The notes beneath the pieces were generated by a model. The model was not told where the DNA came from. It worked only from the letters and a program-made list of their open reading frames with translations, and searched no databases. Position numbers and translations under genes: made by a program. From Planctomycetota bacterium (GTDB taxonomy: Bacteria; Planctomycetota; UBA1135; UBA2386): 64,000 bases of DNA. Below, in pieces: positions 1 through 10,022 of this stretch; within the stretch, counting starts at the first letter, position 1, and every line of letters begins with the position of its first letter. The stretch lies in NCBI GenBank assembly GCA_965223545.1, contig OZ245006.1, positions 5,696,001 through 5,760,000 of the forward strand, given 5' to 3'.

Positions 1-1
1 G

Positions 2-337
2 AACCGGCCGTATCGCTTGGTATTCGGCACCGTGGAGGAGCTGCAGGTGCGGTCGATGCGCGGCAGCGAGCAGATCGTCGAGGTGCGGCTGGACAGCGAG
101 GACGGCGAGCAGCTGTTCGAATGGGGGATCGGCGCCGGCAAGCGCCTCACCGCCGAGCGCGGCGATTTCGTCGCGCTGGCGTTCTACCTGCAACGCGTCA
201 CCGCGCTGCACAACTTGACCGTCGGCCGGGTGCACGTGTTTCGCGTGCCGCGGCTGCCGTGGGTGACTGGTTTGTTCTTGGCGCCGGGGCTGGCGATCGC
301 CTACGGCTTGGCCCGCGTCGTCGGCACGGCGTTGTAG
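2..337 (+). CDS. Hypothetical membrane protein, 5'-truncated by the window edge
   Basis: Frame is open from position 2 to TAG at 335-337; GC3-rich codon usage; hydrophobic C-terminus (WVTGLFLAPGLAIAYGLA). Confidence 0.55.
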   Translation, partial: NRPYRLVFGTVEELQVRSMRGSEQIVEVRLDSEDGEQLFEWGIGAGKRLTAERGDFVALAFYLQRVTALHNLTVGRVHVFRVPRLPWVTGLFLAPGLAIAYGLARVVGTAL

Positions 338-473
338 CGCCGACAGGCCTGCGCCTCGTTGGCGCGGACGAGTTCTGTCACTACGATGTCGGCCCCGTGC
401 GGCCGCTTCCCGTCGCCATGATCTTGCTCGACGCCGCCGTCTCCCGCGCTGTCATCGCGGCGGAGCCGCCGCG

Positions 474-1274
<801 letters not shown>

Positions 1275-1289
1275 GGCCGCGCTCGCGGT

Positions 1290-2174
1290 TCAGCGCCCGC
1301 TTCCGGTCAGCGTCGGTTTGCGGCGGAAGGTGCGCTTGGCCTTGTTGAGCCACTCGTGGGCGAACACCTGTAGGCCCGGCTGTGGGAATGTGTAGCGCCT
1401 GGCGGTCGAGCGCCAGAAGAACGTGACGTTGAACTGGAAGCCCTCACACGTGGTGAGGTGCCACCACTGCACCGGGATCAGCAGGATCTCGCCCGGCGCC
1501 AGGTTGACGATGGTCGGCACGGCCTTCTTGAACTTGGGAAACCCGTCCGACGGCGGGGCGTCGAGCTTCAAGTAGTCCGTGTCGCGGGTGAACTGGGCGA
1601 TCTGCTGGGGGCCGTCCACCTGGCTGAACATCCACGCGTTGGACTGCCAGGGATGCGCGTAGAGCAGCGGGAACTGCTCGGGCGAGTAGAGCAGGATCTC
1701 CTTGTGCCCCTGGAGCTGACACAGGATCGCTTCGGTCGTGGCGTGGTAGTGCAGCGGCATGCACGTGTTGCGACCGAGAAAGATGCGGGGCTCACCATCG
1801 GCGTAACGGCTGCCGTCGACGTCCTCGCACAGCCGTTGTGAGATCAGGCTGAGGTCGTGCTCCGTCATGTAGAACCGCCGGTCCGGCGGCTCCGCGGTGA
1901 GGATGTCGACGAACTCGCGCAGCGTCAGGGTGCGGTCGTCGCGCCCGCTGGGCGTGTACCACCGCTGGAAGTCCCCGCGCTCGTCGTAGTGGACGGTGAC
2001 TTCGGCGTCGCCGGCGACCTCGCGAAAGTAGTCGGGTCCCCACTTGTGGAACGCCGGCCATTGGTCGGCGACCCCGGTGATCACGACGGGGTGGTTGCGA
2101 TCGACCCATCGCATCAGCTCTTCGCGCGATGGGGCGTGGATGCGCTCGATGTCGGTGCTGCTGGGTCGGGTCAT
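1290..2174 (-). CDS. JmjC/cupin_8-like Fe(II)/2-oxoglutarate oxygenase
   Basis: PVVITG..WPA..KW N-terminal motif; LHYH...QLQGHK; LAPGEILLIPVQWWH. Confidence 0.85.
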   Translation of the reverse strand: MTRPSSTDIERIHAPSREELMRWVDRNHPVVITGVADQWPAFHKWGPDYFREVAGDAEVTVHYDERGDFQRWYTPSGRDDRTLTLREFVDILTAEPPDRRFYMTEHDLSLISQRLCEDVDGSRYADGEPRIFLGRNTCMPLHYHATTEAILCQLQGHKEILLYSPEQFPLLYAHPWQSNAWMFSQVDGPQQIAQFTRDTDYLKLDAPPSDGFPKFKKAVPTIVNLAPGEILLIPVQWWHLTTCEGFQFNVTFFWRSTARRYTFPQPGLQVFAHEWLNKAKRTFRRKPTLTGSGR

Positions 2175-2208
2175 CGTCGATGCTTGCTACCGGGTGCTCC
2201 TCCGCCAA

Positions 2209-2217
2209 AGCATAGCA
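2209..2217 (-). promoter_or_regulatory. Putative extended -10 promoter (TGcTATGCT) for the cupin gene
   Basis: Minus strand reads TGCTATGCT about 35 nt upstream of the ATG at 2174, with TTGCCG further upstream. Confidence 0.35.
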
Positions 2218-2267
2218 TCCCACCTCCGCGGGCCGGCAAGGGAGCCGTGCCCGCGGGGGCAGCCGGG

Positions 2268-5200
2268 TCAGCGCGAGCTTCCGCCCGAATGGCCGCTGCC
2301 ACCGGAGGCTTCGCCCGCGCCGGTCGCCGCGGGTTCGGTGGTCTCCGGCGAAGGTTCGGCACCGGCCTCGGTCGACGAGGCGGCCTCGGTGGTGGCCGGC
2401 TCGGCGGGTGTCCCCGTGGCCGCGGCCTCGGCGGTGGTCGCCTCGGCGGCGGCTTCCTCGGCCTTCTCAGCGGCCGCCAGCTTCTCCTCGGCCTCGATCT
2501 TGGCCTCCATCGCCAGCACCTCGTGGTAGCTGGCGGCGTGCTCCAGCTTCTCGGTCGCCCGGTCTTCGTAGTCGACGCCGTCGGTCATCCACGCGGGCGC
2601 CGGTGCCCCCTTCAGGTGGTGGTCGAAGTACTCCTGCATGCGCCGGGTCCAGTCCTTCTGGTTCTGCCGCTTGCGCAGGCCGTGACCCGCGCCGACGTAG
2701 TTGAACAGGTAGGCCTCCTTGCCGAGGCGGCGCAGCGCCATGAAGTACTCGATGCCGTTGGTCCACGGCACCGCGCCGTCTTCGTCGTTGTGCAGGATCA
2801 GCACCGGCGTCTGCACCTTGTCGGCGAAGAAGATCGGCGAGTTCTCCCAGTAGCGCATGGGGTACTGCCACAGCGAGCCGCCGATGCGACTCTGCGTCAT
2901 CTCGTACTGGAACTGGCGCGACATGCCGCTGCCGTAGCGAATGCCGCCGTACGCCGAGACCATGTTGGACACCGGGGCCCCCGACTCCACCGCCTTGAAG
3001 ATGTTGGTGCGCGTCACCAGATATGCGGTCTGGTAGCCGCCCCAGCTGTGGCCGGCGGCGCCGATCGCGTTCTCGTCGACGAAGCCCTGGTTGATCAGGT
3101 GTTGCACGCCGGAGACGACGCACTTGACCGCCGACGGGCCGGGGTAGCCGACGTCGTAGTGGATGTCGGGCACGAACCACAGGTAGCCGTTGCTGACGTA
3201 GTAGGCGGCGTTGGGCGAGGTGCCGGGTGACGGCCGCGTGTGGCGGTGCACCTGCGAGCTCATGCGCTCGTAGAAGTAGACCATCATCGGCCACTTCTTG
3301 TTCGGGTCGAAGCCGTCTGGCTTGATCAGGTAGCCCTTGAGCGGCTTGCCGTCGAGCGAGGCCCAGGTCACCAGCTCGGCGTCGCCCCAACGGATGCCGT
3401 CCAGCTGCGCGCCGACGTCGGTCAGCTTGACGCGGTTGCCGAACGCCATGTCGGCGGTCCAGATGTCGGGGAACTCGCGAAAGCTCTCCAGCGTGAAGAA
3501 GAAGCGGTCCGCCTTGTCGGCCTTGGTCAGGCCACCGAGCGCGCGGTCGAACCAGACCACGCGGCGCGGCTTGCCGACCTCGCGCAGCGAGTCGGTGTAG
3601 ATGCCCCGCGCCATGGTCTGGGTGTTGGTGGCGTTCAGCCACAGCTCCTCGGGCAGGTGGTCCTCGTCGCGGTCCAGCCGCTGCACGCGGAAGCGGATCT
3701 CGTTGGCTCGGCCGAGGCCGTCGGTGATGCACACCGCGTCGCCGGTGGCCGGTGCGATGCGCCACAGATCGAACTCGTCGTGCAGCACCACCTCGGCGTC
3801 GTCGGCGGTCCAGCCGGCGACTCCGTGGGCCGGGTCGGGATGCGGGTGGTCGTCGTCGCTGCGGTGGAACTCGACGCCCAGGCCGCTGGTGAGATCACGC
3901 GTCTCCAGCGTCATGACGTCCACCGCGTGCCACCGGTACTCGGTGTCGAAGTAGATCAGATAGCGTCCCTGTGGCGACGTGCTCGGTCGGCCGCGCAGCT
4001 CGGTCAGCACCTTGCGGCGGGTGCCGTCGATGGTGTTGACCAGGTAGATGTCGCTGTAGCTCGAGTCCCACTGCACGCGCTGTTCGTAGGGCTTGTTGTC
4101 GCTGGCGAGCGCGCGCGACCCATCGGGGGTGATCAGGCGCATCGACGGGATCTGCTCGTCGCCCAGCACCACGATGCGGTCGTCGTCACGGTGGTAGGCG
4201 CAGGTCCAGCTGTCGCTGCTCCGCCGCTTGGCCTGCATCGGCTGGATCATGCCGTCGCGCCAGTGCCACAGGTCGAGCTTGACCTCGTCCTCGGGCAGGA
4301 TCTTGGGGTCTTCTTCCTCCGGATCGTCGATGGAGAACGTCAGGACGCTACCGTCCTTGCTGAAGGAAACGCCCGAACGCGCGAGCTTCTTGTTCTCGGG
4401 CATGCTCGCGGTGCCTTGGTGCACGATGCGTCGGGCCGCCGCGTCACTGAAGTCCCAGAGGTAGAGGTCCCAGAGGGGCTTCTCGGCGGCGAAGTCCTCC
4501 TTGTTGGACAGGAACGCGAAGCCGGTGGCTTCCTCGTCGACGGTGTAGCCGGAGAACTCCGCGGCACCCGCGACCAGGGTGACCGTGCGGTCGGTGCCGA
4601 GCTGCAGCGCGTGCAGGCCGTAGGGCACGGCGTCGTCGAGCTCCTTCTTGGAGCAGTGGTAGTAGAGCCACTTGCCCTCGGCGGTCAGGCCGTAGCCGAC
4701 CACGTGGTCGATGGTCCGCGAAGTGCCCGCGCCGAGGTCGCGGACCACCAGCTGGGTGCCGTCCTTGCGCTTCTTCTTCAGCGGATCCTCGTCGTCATCC
4801 TCCTTCTCGGCGCCCTTGCGCCCACCGCGGCGTCCGCGCCGGCGTTCGCCGCTGGAGCTCTCGCCTGGCTCCGCCTTCTTCTCGGCGGTCTTCTTTTCCG
4901 CGGTCTTCTCTTCGGTGGCCTTCGCTTCGGCGGGCTTCTTCTCCTCCGCACCGGCCTCCTTCGACTCTTCGCTTTCGCCGGAGGCTTCGCCTTCCTCGCC
5001 GTCCTTCTCTTCGTCGTCCTTCTCAGGCTCGTCGAAGTGGTAGACCAGCATCGAGCTGTCCTCGGGGACGCGGAACCCCTTGACGTTCTCGACGATCTCG
5101 ACCTGGCCCGTCGTCAGATCGAGGATGCCGAGATCGCCCTTGCCGCCACTGCCGCCGCGGCGCGCTCCGCCGCCGCCGCCGAACCGCCGCCGCATTTCCT

Positions 5201-5582
5201 CGGCGCGGCTGGAGCCGCCACCGCTGCTCTGGCTCTTGACCTTGCCCTTCTCGGCCAGCTCGCGGATCCGCTTCTCGCGCTCCTCGACCACCGACTCGCC
5301 GATCGAGAACACCACGTAGCGGGCATCGGCGGTGAAGGTCGCGCTGGTGCCGCGCGGATGCTCGTAGCGCGTGCCGTTCTCGACGTGGCGCACGCGGAGC
5401 TCGCCGTCACCCCACGCCGGCGCAACGGTGTAGGCGATCCACTTTCCGTCGGCCGAGTAGGCGGTGCCGCGGATCGACTTCCAGGAGTCGTAGTCGTCGT
5501 GCGTCAGCGGGCGCAGCCCGTCCTGGGCGGTTGCGGCGATCGGTACGGCGAGGGTCAGAAACAGTGCGAGGGTGGCGCGCAT
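2268..5582 (-). CDS. Exported S9 family (prolyl oligopeptidase/acylaminoacyl peptidase-like) serine peptidase
   Basis: Signal peptide MRATLALFLTLAVPIAATA; nucleophile GHSWGG; acid NDEDGAV; His in GAGHG; beta-propeller N-terminal region. Confidence 0.92.
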   Translation of the reverse strand: MRATLALFLTLAVPIAATAQDGLRPLTHDDYDSWKSIRGTAYSADGKWIAYTVAPAWGDGELRVRHVENGTRYEHPRGTSATFTADARYVVFSIGESVVEEREKRIRELAEKGKVKSQSSGGGSSRAEEMRRRFGGGGGARRGGSGGKGDLGILDLTTGQVEIVENVKGFRVPEDSSMLVYHFDEPEKDDEEKDGEEGEASGESEESKEAGAEEKKPAEAKATEEKTAEKKTAEKKAEPGESSSGERRRGRRGGRKGAEKEDDDEDPLKKKRKDGTQLVVRDLGAGTSRTIDHVVGYGLTAEGKWLYYHCSKKELDDAVPYGLHALQLGTDRTVTLVAGAAEFSGYTVDEEATGFAFLSNKEDFAAEKPLWDLYLWDFSDAAARRIVHQGTASMPENKKLARSGVSFSKDGSVLTFSIDDPEEEDPKILPEDEVKLDLWHWRDGMIQPMQAKRRSSDSWTCAYHRDDDRIVVLGDEQIPSMRLITPDGSRALASDNKPYEQRVQWDSSYSDIYLVNTIDGTRRKVLTELRGRPSTSPQGRYLIYFDTEYRWHAVDVMTLETRDLTSGLGVEFHRSDDDHPHPDPAHGVAGWTADDAEVVLHDEFDLWRIAPATGDAVCITDGLGRANEIRFRVQRLDRDEDHLPEELWLNATNTQTMARGIYTDSLREVGKPRRVVWFDRALGGLTKADKADRFFFTLESFREFPDIWTADMAFGNRVKLTDVGAQLDGIRWGDAELVTWASLDGKPLKGYLIKPDGFDPNKKWPMMVYFYERMSSQVHRHTRPSPGTSPNAAYYVSNGYLWFVPDIHYDVGYPGPSAVKCVVSGVQHLINQGFVDENAIGAAGHSWGGYQTAYLVTRTNIFKAVESGAPVSNMVSAYGGIRYGSGMSRQFQYEMTQSRIGGSLWQYPMRYWENSPIFFADKVQTPVLILHNDEDGAVPWTNGIEYFMALRRLGKEAYLFNYVGAGHGLRKRQNQKDWTRRMQEYFDHHLKGAPAPAWMTDGVDYEDRATEKLEHAASYHEVLAMEAKIEAEEKLAAAEKAEEAAAEATTAEAAATGTPAEPATTEAASSTEAGAEPSPETTEPAATGAGEASGGSGHSGGSSR

Positions 5583-5803
5583 GGGGTCTTTCAGGTCTCT
5601 CTCGGAGGAGCCGGTTGGGGGGGCGGGCGGCGCGTGCCGCCGAGGACCGCCATCTTACGAACCTCGGCGCCGCGCCGCGGGCGGCCATCGGGGCAAATCG
5701 CCAGGTCCGGCTGGCGGTGGCGCCCGGGCCGGGATCCGGCGCAGCGTTACATCCGTGCGACGCCCGACCGGTCGTCGGCAACGGTCGGTTAGCATCCCCG
5801 CCG

Positions 5804-6820
5804 ATGGTGCATCGCTCTCGCCTCCGCCGGACTCGCCGCGCGCCCGCCGCGGGCGCCTGTTTCGCCCTGTTGGTCGCGGCCTGCGCAGCGCCGCCACCGG
5901 CTGTCGACAGCCATCGCATCGGCCGGCCGGCCGGCCATGGTCCCCGCGTCCTGGCGGTGATCGCCCATCCGGACGACGAGATCGCCTTCGCCGCCGCCGT
6001 TTATCTCAACTCGGTGGCGCTCGGCGGCACTTGTGACCTCCTGGTGATCACCAACGGCGAGGGTGGCTACAAGTACTCGACGCTGGCCGAGCCCATCTAC
6101 GGCCTCGAGCTCACCGATCCGGACGTGGGCCGCCGGCACCTGCCGGACATCCGCCGCGCGGAGCTGATCGAGGGCTGCGCGCTGCTCGGCTTCCACGAGC
6201 TGGTGATGCTGCGCGAGACCGACCACCGCTACACCCTCGACGCCGGCGAAGTGCTGGCGGCGGACGCCGCGGTCTGGGATCTGGCGCGGGTCGCGGCGGT
6301 GTTGGACGAGCGGCTGCAGGCAGGCCACTACGACTTCGTGCTGACCCACTTGCCCGTGCCGGCCACGCACGGGCACCACAAGGCGGCGACCATCCTGGCG
6401 CTCGATGCGGTCGGCCGGCTGCCCGCCGGCCGCCGCCCGGTCGTGCTCGGCTCGGGCCGCCGCCCGCGGGCCGCGACGGAAGATCGGCCCGAGGTGCCGC
6501 GCTTCGCGCAGCTCGAGGGCCATCCCATCACGCGCGTCGATCCGACCGCGCTGTTCGCCGTCGACCGCACCGCCAAGTTCGGCCACCGGCACCAGCTCGA
6601 CTACCGCATCGTCGCCAACTGGGCGATCGCCGCGCACAAGTCGCAGGGCACCATGCAGACCTTCGTCAACGGGCGCGGCGAAGAGGTCTACTACCTGTTC
6701 GAGCTCTCCGGCACCGGTGCGCGGGAGCGGGCGGAGGGGTGGTTCGCGGCGCTCGCCGCGGCCCAGCAGCGCGCCGCGGCAGTGCACGCGCACACCGTCG
6801 AGCCCGAGGCCGGCTCTTGA
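5804..6820 (+). CDS. PIG-L/LmbE family deacetylase, probable lipoprotein
   Basis: AHPDDE, TNGEGG and HGHH motifs; lipobox-like LLVAAC; start set at ATG 5804, 8 nt after a TAGCAT -10-like hexamer. Confidence 0.85.
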   Translation: MVHRSRLRRTRRAPAAGACFALLVAACAAPPPAVDSHRIGRPAGHGPRVLAVIAHPDDEIAFAAAVYLNSVALGGTCDLLVITNGEGGYKYSTLAEPIYGLELTDPDVGRRHLPDIRRAELIEGCALLGFHELVMLRETDHRYTLDAGEVLAADAAVWDLARVAAVLDERLQAGHYDFVLTHLPVPATHGHHKAATILALDAVGRLPAGRRPVVLGSGRRPRAATEDRPEVPRFAQLEGHPITRVDPTALFAVDRTAKFGHRHQLDYRIVANWAIAAHKSQGTMQTFVNGRGEEVYYLFELSGTGARERAEGWFAALAAAQQRAAAVHAHTVEPEAGS

Positions 6821-8037
6821 AGGGCGCGCGGGTCGTGGCGGGGCTCGCTGGTTTGCTCGGTCTCGCGGTCAGCGTGGCGGCTCAGGACGGCTCGGTCTCG
6901 CTGCAGTGGCAGACCGCGCGCGGGGCCATGGCGCCGGCGGTGGCCGCGGGTCCGCGGGGAGTTTGGCTGAGTTGGCTCGAGCCCCACGTCACCGAGGAAG
7001 GCGGCCGGGGGCACCGCCTGCGGGTGGCGAAGATCGCCGGCAATGCGGTGGGGAAGGCGACGACCGTCCGCGCGGGCAACGACTTCTTCGCCAACTGGGC
7101 CGATCTGCCCGGCGTGACCGCCGCGGGCGATGGCCGCCTGCTGGCGCACTGGCTGCAGCGCGGCGGTGCATCGACCTACGCCTACGAGGTCCACCTCGCC
7201 GAGTCGGCGGACGGGGGCGAGAGCTGGCAGGCGCGTGGCCGGCTGCACGGCGGCGACGCACCGGTCCAGCACGGCTTCGTCTCGATGGTCGCCGCGGGGG
7301 ATGGGCTGCGCGCGTTCTGGTTGGACGGCAGGGTGACGGAGCAGGACGCCGCCGCGACCGGCGCGAAGATGACGCTGCGCACCGCCATGGTCGGTGACCC
7401 GGACAGCGAGGAGATCGTCGACGGCGACGTCTGCAGCTGTTGCCCGACGGCGGCGGTCGCGGTGGGAGACGGTGTGCTCGTCGCCTACCGCGACCGGACC
7501 CGCGGCGAGGTGCGGGACATCGCGTTGGTGCGGCACGCGGCGGACGGCTTCGACGGGCCGCGGCCGGTGGCGGGCGAGGGCTGGCACATGCCGGCGTGTC
7601 CGGTCAATGGGCCGTCGGTGGCGGCGGCGGCGGACGAGGTCGTCGTCGCGTGGTACACCGGCGCCGGCGGCGGCCGTGTGCTGGCGTGCCGGTCGACCGA
7701 CGCGGGCAAGAGCTTTGCCGCGCCCGTCGTCGTCGACGACGGTGACCCGGTCGGCCGGGTATCGATGGCGTTTGCCGCAGGTGTGCCGGTGGTCTGCTGG
7801 CTCGGCCGCGACGGTGACCGGGCGGCGCTGCGCTTGGCGCGGCTCGGTGACACCGGCGTCGCCCCGCCGCTGACCCTGGCGCACGTGGCGCCGTCGCGGC
7901 GGAGCGGCACGCCGCGTATGGTGGCGCGGGAAGGCGCGCTGTTCGTCGTTTGGCGGCAGCCGTCGGCCACCGAGGGCGGGCTGCGTGCGGCGCGCGTGCC
8001 GCTGGCCGCGCTGCCGCCGATCTCCGCTCGCGATTGA
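6817..8037 (+). CDS. Exported BNR/Asp-box (sialidase-like) beta-propeller protein with CxCC motif
   Basis: TTGA overlap with upstream stop; signal peptide; Asp-boxes SADGGESW and STDAGKSF; NWADLP, CSCC and CPVNGP motifs. Confidence 0.75.
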   Translation: MKGARVVAGLAGLLGLAVSVAAQDGSVSLQWQTARGAMAPAVAAGPRGVWLSWLEPHVTEEGGRGHRLRVAKIAGNAVGKATTVRAGNDFFANWADLPGVTAAGDGRLLAHWLQRGGASTYAYEVHLAESADGGESWQARGRLHGGDAPVQHGFVSMVAAGDGLRAFWLDGRVTEQDAAATGAKMTLRTAMVGDPDSEEIVDGDVCSCCPTAAVAVGDGVLVAYRDRTRGEVRDIALVRHAADGFDGPRPVAGEGWHMPACPVNGPSVAAAADEVVVAWYTGAGGGRVLACRSTDAGKSFAAPVVVDDGDPVGRVSMAFAAGVPVVCWLGRDGDRAALRLARLGDTGVAPPLTLAHVAPSRRSGTPRMVAREGALFVVWRQPSATEGGLRAARVPLAALPPISARD

Positions 8038-8112
8038 CCCCTGGCCGACGCCGACGTGGTGATGCCGACGTGGTATCGTCGTCGGCGGGTCTCCGCGAAG
8101 GGTCAAGTCGCC

Positions 8113-9888
8113 ATGACGCGTTCCAGTCCGCCGTCGCTCCGCGCGATCGCTCTCGTACTCGGCATCGGGGCGTTGCTCGCCTGGCTGCTCTGCCAGACGA
8201 TCTCGTTCGGCGCGCAGCCACACCCGCGCCTACCCCTGCTCCAGCTGTTGGTCGTCCTGGTTGCGACCGGCTCGATGGCGATCGCGATCGCGTTCCGCCA
8301 CGCGATCGCGCCGCTGATCGTGCTGGCGCTCTACTCCGCCGCGCTCGCGGTCTGCGCGTCCGCTCTGTTCGACGGTGGGCCGTTCGCGTTGAACGGGCTG
8401 CAGGGCGATGCGTGGTTCTGCGTGACCGCGGCCGCGCGGTTCGCGGACACGTGGGCGTATCAGGACTTCTGCTACAAGGACCTGCCGTCGTACTACGCTC
8501 CGTTCTTCTTCTGGTTGGCGGGACGCGTGGGGCAGGTGCTGGGTGCCGCACCGATGGAGATTTGGAAGTACGCGGTGATCGTCGCCGCGTTCGTAGCGCC
8601 GGTGTTCGCCTACAGCGTGACGTGGCGCACGTGCCGGCGCTGCCCTTGGACCGCGCTCACCGCGGCCGTCTTGCTGACGGTCGTGTGGGGCGACGAATTG
8701 CTGTACAAGCCGCACTCGTTCTTCGCCAACGTCGGCTTCGCGGCCTGGGCGATCGCGTTCGTCGGGTCGCCGCCGAAGACGTGGCCCGGCCTGCTGAAGG
8801 GGGCCGTGCTCGGTGGGCTCCTCTTCCAGACCTACTACTACCCGTTCTTCGTCCTGCTCCCGCTGCTGGCGCTGATGTCGGTGGCGCGGGCGAGCGGGCG
8901 CACGGCTTGGCAGTTCTCGCTGGGGTGGCGCAGTGGCGTACTGCTGGCGGGCGCGGCGGTCTGCGCCATGCCGTTCTGGGCCCCGCTCGCGCTCAGCCTG
9001 GGGGAGGGATCGGAGTCGGTGTCGAACCGCTGGTTCCAGGACCGACACCTCGCGTTCTGGACTCCCGTGGGGCCGCAGATCACGGTCGCAGCGGTGGTCG
9101 GGTTTCTCGGTCTGGCGGTCGTCTCGCTGCGCAACGGCCGCCGCGCCCGCTGCGCGCGGCTGCTGTTCGTCGCGGCGCTGGCGTGGTATGCGATCTGCTT
9201 CGCCAGTGCCGTCGTGTTCGACGTGCCATTGCTGCACTTCCGCACGGAGGGAGTGGTCGAGGCGACGCTGGCGCCGTTTGCCGCGATCGGCCTGGCCGAG
9301 CTCGCCGCGGCCGCCGCGCGCAGGGCGCGGTCCGGGGCGGCGGTACGTAGGGTCACGGCTGTCCTCGGCCTGATCGGCCTGGCAGCCCTGACCCAGTCGC
9401 GGCTGATGCGCACCTACGGGTCCGAGCTGTACGAAAACACGCGCCGCGACGCGCAGGGGCCACCAGCGCTTGCCCCGAACCTGTCCCAGCAGCTGCGGTC
9501 GCGGGTGGTGCTCGGTGGGCTCGCTGCGCGGCCGTTGGCGGCGGCCAAGCAGAGCTTCTGCTTCCTCGCTCCGAACGCGTACTTCAGCCATCCGGCGGCA
9601 CGCTTCAGCCAGCGCCTCGAGTTCGTCCGGTCGCTGGCGAAGGCGGAGTCCCAGGCCGCGTTCGTCCAGATGCTCCGGCAGAACCCGTTCGAGCCGATCG
9701 ACTTCCTCCTGCTGACGCGCGTGGCGCGAGGCTCCGGTCAGGGGGCGTTCCTCGAGGTGTACGAGGATCACTACCCGAAGCCCGCGAGCAAAACCCGGGT
9801 CCACTTTCCGGCCCGTCTGCTCCGCGGGCAGCTGCTGTCGGTCGAGGAAACGCCGCTCGGGCCGTTGTTCGAAGTCCGCGCGGGGTAG
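8113..9888 (+). CDS. AftA-like arabinofuranosyltransferase (GT-C membrane glycosyltransferase)
   Basis: Multi-TM; GLQGDAWF...DFCYKDLPSYYAPFFFWLAGR..LG..PMEIWK and C-terminal YFSHPAARFSQR...FVQMLRQNPFEPIDFLLL resemble the AftA N- and C-terminal domains as I recall them. Confidence 0.7.
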   Translation: MTRSSPPSLRAIALVLGIGALLAWLLCQTISFGAQPHPRLPLLQLLVVLVATGSMAIAIAFRHAIAPLIVLALYSAALAVCASALFDGGPFALNGLQGDAWFCVTAAARFADTWAYQDFCYKDLPSYYAPFFFWLAGRVGQVLGAAPMEIWKYAVIVAAFVAPVFAYSVTWRTCRRCPWTALTAAVLLTVVWGDELLYKPHSFFANVGFAAWAIAFVGSPPKTWPGLLKGAVLGGLLFQTYYYPFFVLLPLLALMSVARASGRTAWQFSLGWRSGVLLAGAAVCAMPFWAPLALSLGEGSESVSNRWFQDRHLAFWTPVGPQITVAAVVGFLGLAVVSLRNGRRARCARLLFVAALAWYAICFASAVVFDVPLLHFRTEGVVEATLAPFAAIGLAELAAAAARRARSGAAVRRVTAVLGLIGLAALTQSRLMRTYGSELYENTRRDAQGPPALAPNLSQQLRSRVVLGGLAARPLAAAKQSFCFLAPNAYFSHPAARFSQRLEFVRSLAKAESQAAFVQMLRQNPFEPIDFLLLTRVARGSGQGAFLEVYEDHYPKPASKTRVHFPARLLRGQLLSVEETPLGPLFEVRAG

Positions 9889-10022
9889 TCCGTGGTTGGG
9901 GGGGGCGTCGTCTTCGCGGTCGGGACGGGGCCTTGCTGTTACGGTGGCGTCACAGTGGGCCCCTCGCCGCTCCTGCCGGAGCTTGCGCAGCGACTGGTCC
10001 GCCGTTTGCGACCCACGCCAGC

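Noticed and set aside
3240..5792. 850-aa plus-strand ORF (also 1857-3230)
   Set aside because: Antisense shadow of the S9 peptidase; long stop-free antisense frames are expected at this GC content; no motifs.
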